The position numbers were made by a program, and so were the translations under genes. The notes below the pieces were generated by a model. It was not told the DNA's origin. It did not search any database and saw only the letters and a list, made by a program, of their open reading frames with translations. Below, piece after piece: positions 48,084-62,500 of a stretch of DNA of 64,000 nt (the first letter of the stretch is position 1; each line of letters starts with the position of its first letter). The stretch is from Diadema antillarum (taxonomy: Eukaryota), in contig NW_027271099.1 in assembly GCF_040938485.1 (NCBI RefSeq), positions 1,302,001 to 1,366,000 of the forward strand, given 5' to 3'.

Positions 48084-51000
48084 TTACTGGGCAGACAAGT
48101 ACTGTGTCAGTGCAGATCGCACTGCAGAAGCTGTGCCATGATTATCTGCACGAGGAGCTTGGTTTGTGACACGAGGAGTGTGGACATTGTCATGGAAGTA
48201 CCACTCATCATGGAAAGGATTTCCATGCGCCTCAACAATGTTGTGGAGGATGCAGCATGCCACTGTTATTTTAGCAACATTTTCCAATTCATGGTCAATT
48301 TTCTTAGAGAGAATTCTCCAACGACCCTTCAACCTACCAAAGGAATGCTCTACAGTAATTCGACATGTGCTCAGTTTGTAATTGAATCTATTTTGTTGAG
48401 GGGAGAGACGGCCAGTGTCGCTATAAGCTTTCATTAAATTTGGCATTAAGGGGTAAGCAGGGTCACCGAGTAACATGACTGGTACAGGGACATTATTAAT
48501 TACCTTTGGTGGGATGGGAAAAAGGGTTTTGTTTTGGAGTTTCCTAAAAATACTTGAATTTGAAAAGACTCTAGCATCGTGCACACTTCCTGGCCAGCCA
48601 CAATTAATATCAATAAACAGGCCAAAACTGTCTACTACTGCCTGAAGAATAATTGAGTAAAAACTCTTGCGATTATAATAATCAGAATGGTGGTTTCGCG
48701 GTGCTCGAATGGGAATGTGGGACCCGTCGATGGCTCCTGCCGCTTGTGGGAATCCCTTCCCCTCGAAGCGCTGGATGCACTCCTGAAATAAAAAGAATAA
48801 AAAAAACCTTTTAGAAATTTGCTCTTTTGTCTATTGTCATAAGTATTACAATGATAATTCTAGCTAACAGAAATGTTTTTTTTTTTCATGAGATTTTTGT
48901 TTTATTTACGTGTACTTTTGACAGTCTGCTGACAAAATTTAAAGCGGGGGTGGGGGAGATGCCACGTGTCTGTGAAGAGATCGAATCAGTATCATAACTT
49001 CAGTGAAAGACAAAAAAAAAATAATTGACTTATCAATGCAGAACTAATTAAATAAAATAAATTAATTTAGTTGCATTCCTGGCATTAATATAACTGCTGC
49101 GAAGTACTTGGGATTTTTAGTATGCCTTCATCCCTAGGTGCAAATACAATTTAATTTGAGGGTAGTATTAGTTCCTCTAAAGTAACTACCCCATTTCCCC
49201 CTACAATCACTTCCTCCTTTTGAATTTCTTTGATAGCCAAAACAAGCTAGTAGACTTATAAATGTACAAATGTACCTGCAGTCTCTGTCCAGTTGGAATG
49301 GCAATGTGTCGACCCTTTAGCTGGCGTACGATGATATGAATTGTCTCAAGAAAAATAACACACACGGTGGACCTCCCGACGCCAAACAAACCAGCCAGAG
49401 TACGATATTCAATGTTTGTTGCCAGCTTCCATAAAGTGATGGCAAGACGATGATCTGGTGAGATGGCTTTGCGCATCCTTGTGTTCTGTTTCTGAAGGTG
49501 GGGACGGAGTTCATTGAGCAGGTATTGGAATGTTGCTTTCCTCATCCTGAATAGTAGAAAAAAATACACCAAGGTTGGATATAATTGAATAAGTTATTTG
49601 AATAACTTATCTCCTAGTGGATGTAAAATTAAAAAAAAAAAAATAGGCCTTTAAAAACAGATGTGAAAGTGGGTTCCGTCAAGTTTCATTATTTTAGTCC
49701 TTGATCTTTTTTCTGAACTCAGTGCAATTCTGGTAACAGAATGAAATTTAAAATTCAATTAGGCCCTAATGAAGTAGTCTCCTTTTAACATTTGATTATT
49801 TTCATGTGAGGTTATCATTTTTTGTTTACTTAACTTAGATTGGAAAGAATTGACAAATATTTAAATATTTTGACTCTAGAAGTCGGAAAATTTTGCTTGC
49901 TCACGAGTGTCTCGAGTATTCTGAACATCGTGCGTGCCATATCATAGTGTATTCATAGATAAAGTTGTTAAACCTAGCTCGGCGGCGTATTTCTTTAGTA
50001 GAGACTATACAGGGTCTAGACTAATAGTATAGGTGTGTTTTGTACTGTACTGGGACTCAGTGGGAGGAGTCTATGCCAGTGAGTAAGTACATATAGCCAT
50101 AGGGCCTACTTGGGAGACCCGCAACTCGTCATAGTTAATGTTTGCGCATATTTGAATCACATTTCGCCACTGAAATTCTCTGAAATCCAACTCATATACA
50201 AGAAAAATGCTGAAAATTCCAATGGAATTACAAGTTCACTGATCGATATCGAAAATTTGCAGCTATCGTCAAACGCGAACGATGCAGAATAGCTGTGCGC
50301 TAAGGAAGGGGCCCGCAACTCGTCACCAGCGCTCCCATTGACTTATCACGACGGTCGTAAAAGACGTGTACGAGTGACCGTGTATGCTCCCATAGACATA
50401 CAAGTAAAAGATACGTGCGGGTGACAGTGATGAAATGCTTTCATAGCACGTATTCCTAATATAAATTTCAGATTTTCGCGAAAAACTGTTCGGTTTTCAC
50501 CACAATTGGCTTGGTTGTGGTAGCCCTGCAAAGTTTCATGCGAACTGAAGACAGTCCAGGGCATTACAGAATACCGGCAACCAATCACGGAGAGCGCAAA
50601 TCGCTCTGAAAAGAGCGTAATTACGCTTGCCGATAGCAACCATCTGAAATATTAATCCGCATTAAATTAATGTTTATAACGACTAAATAACGTTAGTGCG
50701 CTAACAGGAACACAATTTTAAGCGGGCTGACGTTGCTGACAGCATGACAGTATTCGGAATTCGGGCCCCCTGACGAGGTGCGGGCATCTCACTTACGTTA
50801 CAAATACAATACTATTACTAGTCAGAACGGTACGGTATAATTACAATTACAACGTGGCTAACCTGAAGTTCTCCAACCACAATTTGTCGTCCCATGTGGC
50901 GAGTACTACATGCGTCCACCAATGCATGGACTTTGGCAATGACCAAACGGATCTCGGCACCTCAGATTTATCTGTGTACATTGACAGTAGGAGAGACATG

Positions 51001-51140
51001 AGAATCGTCATCTCGTTCTGTCTCAACATGAAATGGTTGAAGAATTGATGTCTCCGTTCCTCCTCTTCTCGACGTCTTCGGCGTCGAATTCGTCTATAGA
51101 ACCTCGAAGAAAATGTTGATGGTCCCATCTCGTTCTCCAT
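48084..51140 (-). CDS. Harbinger DDE transposase (HARBI1 family); join complement(48084..48782,49276..49546,50863..51140), 415 aa
   Basis: FRMRKATFQYL, RLAITLWKLAT..YRTLAGLFGVGRSTV, GAIDGSHIPI, YYNRKSFYSIILQAVVD, WPGSVHDARVF, LGDPAYPL, VEHSFGRLKGRWRIL; exon phases 2 and 0 are consistent; no stop codons. Confidence 0.93.
50112..50790. mobile_element. MITE-like insertion in transposase intron 1
   Basis: GGAGACCCGCAACTCGTC at the left end; imperfect reverse complement GACGAGGTGCGGGCATCTC at the right end; internal copy at ~50310. Confidence 0.45.
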
Positions 51141-54100
51141 GAAGTCAGCTCCAATCACGATCAAATCAAAGATGAAGTATTACAAATAATACTCGACAGC
51201 GGTAGCTCGATCGGTGACTGTGAATGTGACATCCGTGTACGTGTAGTAAGCTTGTTTACAAGATCGAGTCTCTTTGAATCGCGCGCGCGCGAAACTCTAT
51301 TGGGACAGCGGGGTCAGTCTTCGGTCATGCAAGTTTCGCGCATGCGCAATTTGGCCACTGATCGTTCTTTCCTTGCTGGGAAGTGCGATTTTTCCCTGTG
51401 TATGAACGGTCGAAAAAAAAATCGAAATTTGGATCGCGATTGTAATTTCGATTTCCGGTGTGTGTGAACGGGCCTTATGTGTCAGTGACCTTTCTTCTTA
51501 CACTGATGAAAGCACAGCAAGTTTTAGCAAGGAAGTTTCAGATATCAAGTTTTCCTTGCAAACTTAAAAAAAAAATGGAACACAAGAAAATGTGATTTGA
51601 GCTTCAATTTAGATTACTTTATTTGTTAGTAGTGCCGACATCTGTTGCATTTTTGTCAGTTTCCGTGATTCAGAGAAGTGACACCATTATCATTTTTCAA
51701 GTGAAATTCCTTATCTACCAAGAACGGAGTGAGCGGTATGTGCCCTTTGACATTGGTATGAAATTTGGAGAGATAAGTTCCTGGATTATTTAAACAAGTG
51801 TGGGCAGGCAGAACTATCCTCTTACAGTTTCCTTAGTATTGCATGGAATTAGAAAGATTGACATAGTGGAGGAGGAATTCTGTAGGTGGATATGATACTA
51901 AAAATCTTGTTTCATTGACCATGTGACTATGAGCAAATTTGTCAGACTTATAGTGTGTGATATCCCTCACTAGGAAGCTGCTTTTGTCCGTATTTATTTT
52001 CTAGGGGAGCAAAAACTTTCAATGGTTAGTCAGAGTCTGTAGCTTCTGTTATAATTATTTGTTAAATTTTACCAATATTAAAGCTAGTCTGCATTAAAGC
52101 TCAATTTCAGCAGTACTGCATATTTCTGCTTTCCTTGATGTAGGCATATTTGTAATGTTCAGATCTGTATGCAGTATATATTTTCCTAATCCTCTGCATT
52201 CATTTCATTTCTACATAATAGATGTCCATCACACCAGTGCAAATTGCTTGTGTTTTACTTGTTACAGTGAATAGAAGCTGACGTTTTGCAGAACAATCTT
52301 CTACAGACTGAAAATGTTGACACAAGGCTTTTGAGCTAGAGAAAGATAAAAATTCCCCAAAACTGACAAAATCCAAAATGTAGGTGTAGACTGTAATTGA
52401 TGCCAAATGTGAAAATTGGGGCAGTGTTTTTCTTGGACTGGAGGACTTTCTGTAACCCTTGACACCACATGTCAAAGTGAATACCCCCACACCAATTCCT
52501 AATGCACAGCTTTTTTTTTTGCTCAGTTCTACGAGTATAAATGCCAGAGGTTTTGAAAGCATTTAACCCCATTTTAGAGAAAGTAGTTCTCATGAGTGAG
52601 CTTTCAGAATTTTAGCCAAAGTTCGTGTGAAGATGGCCTGTGGTATAAATTTCCTTGTGATCAAATTCAACAAGAACTGTACATTTGTTTTGCTGTAATA
52701 TGATACAATTCAGATGACTCCAGATCTTTTTTTCTAGCCTTTTATTGCACAATATGTCTTCCAGACATTTCAGGTAAAATAAGTCACTGAATTATTACAT
52801 TGTGATTTATGCACCATGAATTGGACCTGGTATGGTTATCTTGTCAGTATTTATTTCAATTTCAATAAGTTTAATCATCTCACCCCCCCCCCCCCCATGC
52901 TTTTATAGGTCAACTGCTGCTGCCTTGCCCTGTACCACGTCAGTTTATAGTTGGGTTGAGAGGCAAGGCACATTTGGAGACTGGCGATGTGGTAGATGAG
53001 CAAGTTTGTGAAAATAATTCTATTGACAATAAAATTCTTTAAAACAACATTGATTTGTTTAAGAATTCAGATGCATGGATGCGTTGTTATAGGTAAGTCT
53101 GACTTCTTCTTTACTGTAACGACAGAACTATATCATGACTAAGCACTAAGCAAGTAGTTTATTAAATGAACAACAAAGGATTACAGGAGTGTTCTTGTAG
53201 TTCTTGACTAAAATAGAGATGTTGATGTTAGATAGAGTGACCTTTGATTAAAATACTGTTGATGTTCAGCACAGTCAGTACTTTTGATACATTCAGGTAA
53301 CTACGATTTAGGGGAAAAAGATTGTAAGAATTAGGCACTACCCCATGACTGTACTAGGTGATAAACAGGTGGATATCAGGAAGTTCACTCAGTTCATTCA
53401 TTACAATTGTGTGGTTGTTTGTCAGGATTCCCAATTTGTATTTCAAGGTACTTTCAACCCCATGTTTGGGGAAAAAAAATTATTGTATGTTTGCAGATAT
53501 AACAGTGACCATTATGTTATCGGTGCGAGAAAGACACGATTCCTCTTTGATAGGGTAGACTCCATACAGTGCAATGCAATACACACACAGGCCTTTATGC
53601 GTGGGCATCGGAAATGAAACCTTACAAAGTTAATACCCTTCGGAGCAAATGACAGGGCCCCCAACAATCTAACAACTATGCAAAGTTGTTTTTTTTTTTA
53701 GTTTTTTTTTTCTTGGGGGTGGGACATGACATGCAGAGAAAACCTAACAATGATTTCTATAAGGTAAAATTTGATATCCCGTCCACTGAACTTTTTAAAC
53801 GAGAGCAGGCCTTTTTTCTTTGGGGCATGGTGTCTTGTAAGTTGTAGGAGGGCAGGGACATTGGGCGCTTATTCCCTCTTGAGTCACGATTGCTCAATTT
53901 TATGTTCGCAGTATTTGGGTGACGAGAACAAGGACGCGACATCAATTGACTTCGGTTTTTCTTTCTCTCCCTATTTTTTTTTTTTTCCAGAAGAGGTCTT
54001 GAGGATTTTCTGCCTCCTGTGATATTTCATTTTGTCTTTTTTTAGTCATTGCATAGTACAGCCACAAAGTCCCCCCCCCTTCCCTCCCCCACACACTTGA

Positions 54101-55599
54101 TGATTGAAGAGTGGTGGAATAAGTCAGGCGAAATGGGGAAGTTGACACATCCAGAAGATAATTGCAATGCTCTGTCTCGCCATAGACAGGAATTATGATC
54201 CATTCCAACTGGAAAGCTATTGCAATTCCCTTGGTAATTTAAAGCAAAGCAGGGGCTCAAACTGAACATTCCTGGAAATTGGGAATTCATTGCCATGTAT
54301 ATATGCATTATAAGGCAGTATGATATTGATGACAGCATGGTGTATGTAGGCAGTTTGCTTGTCAGGTATTTCATTTCATTTCATTTCATTTCATTCATTG
54401 ATTTTCAATTTCAACAAAGAATTTAAGTGTGTAAAATGTATGAAAAAAATAGGCCCTATACACTTACTACATAAATATTATATCAAAATATAATGTAAAC
54501 ACACAATGAATTGTGAAGCCTAGATAATAATGATAATATATGTCACTTATATTTTGCCAAATCCACTCTGTAGAGTGCTCAAGGTGTATACAAACTATTA
54601 TTACCCTGATGATATTACTAAATAATGTTGTCATATTCAGGTATGTCATGCCATATCACTCTCAAAATATGGATTCTTTTGTTAGCGAAGAAAAATGAGT
54701 AAGTGAAAGAAGAGTGATTTTTTATTATTTTTATTTTTTTTTGCTTCTTGAGAATTGATAACACATTGCATGTGGTTCTTAATATTGAATATAAATTTAG
54801 TATATGAGAAATAAAAGGATGTTATTGCATAGTAAAATTAGCCATGTTTTGCCTATCAATTGCTGATTGGCCTATATGTATGATTGTGCCTTTAATGCAC
54901 ACTTACGTTTTGGTTCTGGATTGTGTACACATGCTTTTCCTGTGCTTTACATTGGCATGATGGTTCACAGTGATATAACATAAAGCTTGACTGTTAAAAA
55001 ATGTACCTGGTACCAGAATGTATTTATTATTGTTACAATACATAAACTTGAGTATTTTTTGTGTGTGTGTGTGTGTTTGTCTAACATTGTTCTCTACTCA
55101 CTGTGCGTGGTGCAGCTTTACTACTGTTAGAAAGTGTTGTAATCCAGCCTTGATTTTAGAATGGGTTGTTGAGAACAATTCCAGGATGTGAGAAATGAAA
55201 ATGCAGCATTTGAATTTAGTGGCAATCATGCAGGGTTTGATTTGTCGTCACAGATATTGCTGCAGGCAGTGGAGTAGACTAATATCATCTGCGACTAAGA
55301 GACTGTTGATGCTGAAAAAGTGATTTTTCACTTCATAAATTGATAGCATTTTGGAAATGAACTGATTGCTGTGGGAGTAAACACACTGTGGCAGACAAAG
55401 TGTCTTTCCTATCCTGTTGCAGCACATGATTTCATAACAGAAATATCTACCTGATAACTTGATATGTGTGCAATTGTTGGAAGTAGGGATGGCTTCTGTA
55501 TAGTAACGCTTGTATTTTGTAATCCTCGTGGGAAAACACACCAAGTGGAGGGATGGGGAAATACAGAAATTTAGATAGTTTAGATACAGTGTAGGAAGA

Positions 55600-55740
55600 N
55601 NNNNNNNNNNNNNNNNNNNNNNNNNNNNNNNNNNNNNNNNNNNNNNNNNNNNNNNNNNNNNNNNNNNNNNNNNNNNNNNNNNNNNNNNNNNNNNNNNNNN
55701 NNNNNNNNNNNNNNNNNNNNNNNNNNNNNNNNNNNNNNNN
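55600..55740. other. Assembly gap (N run)
   Basis: 141 consecutive N. Confidence 0.99.
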
Positions 55741-57669
55741 AGAATGCAAGCTATTTGTTAATTTCCTTTCAAAATGAAACAGAGGTCAATGTTAATGTAA
55801 GCCAGGACTTACAAAACAAAAGGGTATATATTTAGAGAGAGGAATGTTTAAAGGACTGAGGGGATATATATTTGGAGGAAAATTAGATGGTAATGTCAAT
55901 ATTGCCCCCCCCCCCCCCCTCCACCAAGGAAATATTATTTTTATTAAGCTGGTGTTTGCAGCCTGATGTTGCATGACCCAATTCAGACATTACCAGGCAA
56001 TTGGCAGAGTCATTAGTCTACTGGGGTGCCTGCCAGGCATGCTTGATAGGGACAGTGGGGTGCCCTATTAGGCTCAGCTTAGCTGTGTTGGTGTTCCTCG
56101 GGTCTCTGTTCACGCTATCTCCTTTCTCTTTCCTCTCTTACTTTATCTCTTTCTTTGTACATATAATATTTCATATATTATATGCTTATATATATATGTC
56201 TCCCATGGCATAAATGTCTGTCATTTCCGTGCAATGTCACAGGAATATTATTTTCTGATTTTGAATAAACAAACCATTAGCTATTTATATAAGTCTTATC
56301 TAAATTTAGAATTTTTTATTTACAAATATTATGATTTTTGTCTTTCTTCTTTTATGTGTCATGCAAATGTGATATCAAGTACACATATCATTCGAAATGG
56401 CATAGGAACATATTTTCCTGAAAAGTTATAAATGTTGTGATAAATTTTGCATGGTTTTGCATTTTGACGTTAATTCTTAGCAATAACACTTTCCAGTTAT
56501 TCCTCCTCGTCAATGTGGAATCTCCCCTTTACAAGTCAGGCATAACCTAGTCTTTGTACACCACAACATTTCCGCTGTCTACCTGCCTCTGTTGGAATGT
56601 TCACCGTCGATCACACAATGCGTAGTTTCCCCTATATTATCATTCTGAATGTCTCTTTCATCATTTTTCTTTCCAGTCATGTTTCACATCAGGACCCCCG
56701 CCTGTGACTCAGAATGGGAAGATTTATTGCTAATTAACATGAACCCATAATGCCAGCCATGGGAACATTTATTGGTTCCCCTAGACACTGGTCACAGAAA
56801 TATGAATTACGGAGCAGAGCGGCGGGACCAAAACTGCCATACCGGTCGGTAATGTTACCAGATGATACTGAAGCGTTTCAAACTAAGTTGTCAGTAGGGT
56901 TGTGTTGTGCTGTCCAGACATTCATGATCTGGTTATTTACAAATTATCTTTCTTTTTCCTCCCAGACTTTCTCACAAAGATGATGGTTCATCACACAATT
57001 GGGATTCAAGACTCATGCAATTTAAAGGGAAAACTTGAAATCTAATTCTTTCTCTTTGTTCTTAGTACTTTTGAACAATAACAGGTCACTGTCAGTGGAA
57101 TGTTTGTGAAAATATGCAACAGATACAGTTGAATTAAAGTTAAACTAAACTTTAGTAAAGGTCTCTTGACTGTCATAGATAGAGTGAAATGAGGTAAACA
57201 AACTAATGGTATGAATATCTAAAATCCACAATATAATCTTTTCTTTGTTTCGATTCAGTTACAGTTCGCCCATGCGTTTCTTTAACTAAAAGTATGTTTT
57301 GTTTTATTTAAAAAAAAAGTGATCTGCATTTAAATCCCATTTGAATGTGCAAAATTCACTTGAATATGCCAAAGTCACACTGTACTTTATTTTATTTATA
57401 TGCAAATATCATATTGTATAGTTTTGTAGGAAATGAAATAAAATGAAATAAAATGTAATTAAATAAGATATTGTAGTTAGACAGTGTTACACAAAATCAT
57501 GTATTCTGTATTCTCACAATACAGTAATATTGACCATGGTTATTTTTTTTTTATGTGAATTGATGATGTGATGACATCATCACCTCTTTGGTCTCCCTCT
57601 GACCCACACATAAATCTTGTTGAGACTCACATTTACAATGTATATTGATGAAATAAAATCACAAAGAGC

Positions 57670-57700
<31 letters not shown>

Positions 57701-58189
57701 CACATCTAATTGCTCTAGAGTTTTGATAAAACTGCAGTCAACAATTACCTTTTTATATAATTTGGATAATTATGTAGCATATATATGGATATCACCTGCT
57801 AGATGCTTGTCACACTTTGCTGGAATGATCTGTATATGCCTTCAATTCTATTTTCGAATATTAATGATACATATGTGACTGCCCAGCTCAAAACCCACAA
57901 AAGTTGCAGTTTAGAATTCTCTGTAATGGACCAAATATGTCATGTGGGTTGACTGACTCATATTTTGAAAAGTTTGTCTTTAATGTCTGAGAGAGTAATC
58001 TTTTCTGTACCTACTGTCAAAATTTGTACTAATTTGGTACTGATTTTGATAGTTGTAGTAAGCCCTGGTAGCATGGGGGAAACATGGGTGGTTTGATTGA
58101 ATTTGCTGTCTACCACAGCATCTGAAAACCACAAATGGGTCTGTTAGCCAGGTGTCAGCAAATTTGTGCGTCAAAGTAGCCATGTCTAC

Positions 58190-58565
58190 ACCTATCCCAA
58201 AACTTCAAGTTATACTAACTACGATAAAAATTCCTTCCCTTGACCACGGCAAAACTTTGATGCTGTTCGTACCTACATGCAGTTAGCAAAACTTCAAGTT
58301 AATGCTAACTACGATAGGGTACCGCAAGTTCCGCCCGTAAAAGGTCACTCAAAACTACAAGAGCGTCGTGGTTAACAAAACTCCGTTCACATTTGTCATA
58401 GTTTTAGCGCTCTGTGGGGGGCATTCCCAAAACCACGACAAAACTATGACAAAACCCTAAGAAATCTTATTGTGTTCTCATGGTGTCTTCGCCTTAAGGT
58501 TTTGTCTTAGTTTTCAAAACTATGTGCGTCTATATCTACACTAACTTGAAGTTTAGTTCCCTAGG
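58190..58565. mobile_element. Possible MITE
   Basis: ACCTA..AAACTTCAAGTTA at the left end (repeated at ~58288) and TAACTTGAAGTTT..TAGGT at the right end; imperfect. Confidence 0.35.
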
Positions 58566-58608
58566 TGACTATCATAGTTTACAAAACTTTATGTTTTGAA
58601 AACCTTAA

Positions 58609-59177
58609 AGGACAAGTTCACCTTCATAAACATAAGGATTGAGAGAATGCAACAATAATAGTAGAACACATCAGTGAAAGTTTGAGGAAAATTGGACAAT
58701 CGATGCAAAAGTTATGAATTTTTAAAATTTTTGCGTTGGAACCGCTGGATGAGGAGACTACTACAGCTTGTGAGTCATATGCGTACAACAGTATAAAGAA
58801 AATGTAAAAGAAAATTCAACATATTTTCACTTTTTTCGCATAATAAAAGAGCACTTGACTTGCCTCTTTCTATAGGAGGGGGGAACAATATTACCCATAA
58901 CATTTGTCGGTAACGAGTCAGGGGAATGTGTACTTTTTTCAAAAGATGGAATTTTGTGAAATTCTCTTTATATTTTCCTTGTATTGTTGTACGCATGTGA
59001 CATCTAAGTTATACATACACTGCAGTAGTCTTCTCATCCAGCGGTTACTGCACAAAAACTTCAAAAATTCATAACTTTTGAACGGATTGTCTGATTTTCC
59101 TCAAACTTTCACTGATGTGTTCTACTAATATTGCTACATTCTCTCAATCCTTATGTTTATGAAGGTGAACTTGTCCT
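58609..59177. mobile_element. Palindromic MITE with TTAA TSD and AGG termini (Kolobok/T2-like)
   Basis: TTAA|AGGACAAGTTCACCTTCATAAACATAAGGATTGAGAGAATG ... CATTCTCTCAATCCTTATGTTTATGAAGGTGAACTTGTCCT|TTAA; arms pair over ~150 bp. Confidence 0.88.
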
Positions 59178-59333
59178 TTAAGGTAAAGGGATCTAGATGT
59201 GGACCCAACTAGTGTCTGCTTATTGGTAAAGGTCGACTCTGGTCAAGATTTTTGATTGATTTGTGTACTTGCGTAGAGATCAGTGATAAAGCTGTACACA
59301 ATTCATTACCAGGAAGCTCGAATATGACCTATA

Positions 59334-59540
59334 CTGTGAAACATGATATATTCGCGGTATGAATTTTTCGCGAATTGGAGCCAATGGCCTTTTTTGCGTC
59401 ATGACATTTTCGCGAATTGCCACTGGCATTCAATGCATATAGTGTAGACAAGAATTTTCGTGCGCATTTTAATTTCGCAAATCTTGGCGCTCGCGAAATT
59501 CACGAAATTAAAATGCACGCGAAAATCCCTCATTTTACAG
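59334..59540. mobile_element. Short Tc1/mariner-type MITE, TA TSD
   Basis: TA|CTGTGAAA ... TTTTACAG|TA with internal TTCGCGAA-like repeats. Confidence 0.65.
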
Positions 59541-62500
59541 TACCTCTGAGCTGGGCCCACCTTCCCATTCCATGGTGTCCCCATGCTACTGGGTGTTTAA
59601 TCCATGGGAAGTGGATACACCATGCACTATGTGGAATCACATGTGGAATAATTAATGACTACAAAATTTGTAAAAAGTGCTAACAGGTAATGACACAAGC
59701 TTTGAACATGATGAAGGTAATAGCAATCATGTAAAGAAATGACTTTCTTCATGAATAGTCACTCTCTGATGTGTTCCAAACAAATCTTGCTTGTATTCCT
59801 CTGCAGCAGACAGTGGCCTCTCTATTATTCAGTCTTCCACCCCCAAACAGACTGGTGTTCCCCACATCTTCTAAGCTTTTCATCCTTGACTGCATAATGT
59901 CTCCTCCAAACAACATCGTCCATCCTGACAAATATTCTGTGACAGATATTTTTTTTGCTTATTCCTGTGAATCCATGATGATTCCATAGAGTTATATATT
60001 TCGTGTGTTTACATGAGTGTGTTTTTTTTTTCCTTTCTTTTTTTTTTTGGGGGGGGGGGGGGGGAGTAGTGCATACCTGCCAACTGTTCAGTTTTAATCT
60101 GAATATTCAGATTTTTCACTGAAAGAAAACGCATTAATTTGAGTGTGTTCTGATTTTTTGGAAATATCTGTTGATAGTAAAGTATATGAATTTATGAAAG
60201 TTCAGATTTTCAAATTATTTTTCTTTGTTTGTTCAGATTTATTAAGTCTCAGGGTTGGTAGGTATGGTAGTGTATAGTAAAGTAGTATATTATATGGTTA
60301 GGAAGGGTAGTGAGGTTAGTTAGGGAGATGGGTTTAATTTAGATGTAATGTACTTCCATTTTTTCCCGGTCATTGCTGTACTATTGCTGTTTTATTTGTT
60401 ATATTGAAACATGAAAATGCTGATATGCCGATATGCTGAAATGCTGATATTCTTTAAAAGAATCATTCCCTTATGCTTGTACAGTAATACCAAAGAGAAT
60501 TGATGTATTTAGTATTATTTGATTGGAAGTGAATAAATCATATTTGGGAAAAAAAAACCTTGGTGTAAAGGTCATATAAGATCTTGAAATACCTATATTT
60601 CATGTTAAAGCCATAATGATCTGTAGGATGGAGTAATGTTTAACGAATCATCAGGAAGTAACTTTAGCACTCATGCATGTCATCAAGAATACAGAATGCT
60701 TATTCTCGAGAGGGAGTTTGACTATAGTCCACATATCTTGAGGCATTTCTTATGTAGGCCTACAAGAGGAAGTTTTGTGGATCAAGTGGAGAGCTTGGAG
60801 GAGATAGCTTCTTCTTGTAATGTCACGCCATGCATCGCAAGTCACAAGTGGATGAAAAACTGATTGGATGTGAACGATTCCCCGTGCTTAAATTCTCCTG
60901 CTCTCCCAGTCCCAGCTCTCATAGTCCCTCTTGTGGGGAAGGTAAATGCCGGTGCCTTCATTTCACCACTTTCTACCCCCTTTCACACTGGGCAATTACC
61001 AATGTTTGCGCCGAGCTTTGCAGACTTATTGGCCCAAATTCACAATGGTGGTTTAAACATAGACCATGGTACATATTTAGACCATTGTCTAAAATAAGCA
61101 TGAAATAGGCATACCTATGACATGCGCATATCAATGTGCATTTGTTTGTGGATGTCTATTGATATGCGCAATCTGTCAATCATGCGTAATCTGTCAATCA
61201 TATCTATGCAGAAGAAATTTGCATAAACCATGATTTGAATTTGTACCACCTTTGTGAATTTGGGCCATGAATTTGGGCCATGAATTTGGGCCATAGCCTT
61301 TGGTCTACAGAGTTGCTGGGGTAAAGCTCACTGCATGCTACCGGTACATGACTTTTCAACAATTCAAAAAAGTGTGATGTCACCAGCCTTGCCAATTTCC
61401 AGTCATGTGACTGGGTCATGATGCCAGATGTGAAAATTTGACATGTTAAATTTTCACATCAGACGTTGTGGACTTCCAGCCAATCACGCTACACTATGTA
61501 AAGACACAAGTACAGTCATACATCTAGCTGTGCAGTCTGATCGCGTAATGTGGGGTGTTGAGTCGTGTGTCTGGTCGTGCGACCTGGCTTGCCTCCAAAG
61601 TCATGTGACCAGTTGGATTGTGTAGTGTGTGATGGGCTGAACTCTCATGGAAATATTGTATGGAAATTAAAGCTCGAGTTCCCCTTCTCATTCCCTGAGT
61701 AAGTAAGATTAGGATTGCTATCTATGGCAAATCAACAAGAGACTCCGGTATGTAAAAATGTTTTGCCATTGGAACATTCTGAAGTTGCCCCTTATACTTG
61801 TGAGGAATCCGCCACTGTGCTGTTGTGCCCTTGTAGTAAAACTTGCACACAGGTAGTTGTCATCAAGGGTTCAGTTTGAGATCTTGAGCAGGCGTAAGTA
61901 TTTCTTCTGAGTCTAAAATCTAGGTGGGGGAATCCATCGGTGTTAATGATCAGAATTTTCCTTTTGAGACAGAGACCTCAGTGGGCCACCAGTGGGCAAA
62001 GTCAGTCTGAAAGGGGTGGGTTTTCCTTTATGCGCTTGCCCGACTTCAAGGACTCTCGCCAGGGGGATGATGGGTAAATGGGACTTGAGTAGACGGCAGT
62101 CGGTGTCGCCAATATGACCACAGGCCCCATCTCAGTCGAGGTGACCATTCCCACAACCCCTTGCATCCTCTCTGGCGGGCCTTCTTCATTTCGTGAAAGC
62201 GGATGAGGAACAACAACTCCCACTTCCGCTGTAGCACTTTGGAGGGTGTTTGTGGCACCGACTTCGATGATGCTGCATCAGGGTGCAAATTTGTCCGTCT
62301 GGCTGTCAGCTTTCCAAAAGACCAATCAATCTTTTGGTATTTTAGGAAGATGTAATTGTGTAGCCAGTCTTGATTAACTCTTTTTTTTTTCCATTTTTTT
62401 TTTTTTTTTTTTTTTTTTGGGGGGGGGGGGGGAGTTGTTATAATAGGGTCATCCATTTAGATATAAATATTGTGTCTGTGATTTCAGCTCTGGCCTGGCA

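Larger units (their letters stand above)
39265..51475. mobile_element. Autonomous-looking PIF/Harbinger transposon, 12.2 kb
   Basis: TIR AGGCCCGTTCACACAC / GTGTGTGAACGGGCCT; 3-bp TSD TAT (39262-39264 and 51476-51478); convergent Myb/SANT and DDE transposase genes. Confidence 0.93.

Noticed and set aside
52909-53092. Exon-like segment with good acceptor and GTAAGT donor
   Set aside because: Stop codons in all three frames and no linked coding exons; it could be a UTR or lncRNA exon, but this is unsupported.
62002-62456. GC-richer minus-strand ORFs as a host gene exon
   Set aside because: No recognisable domain, the start lies in homopolymer runs, and no consistent splice structure was found.
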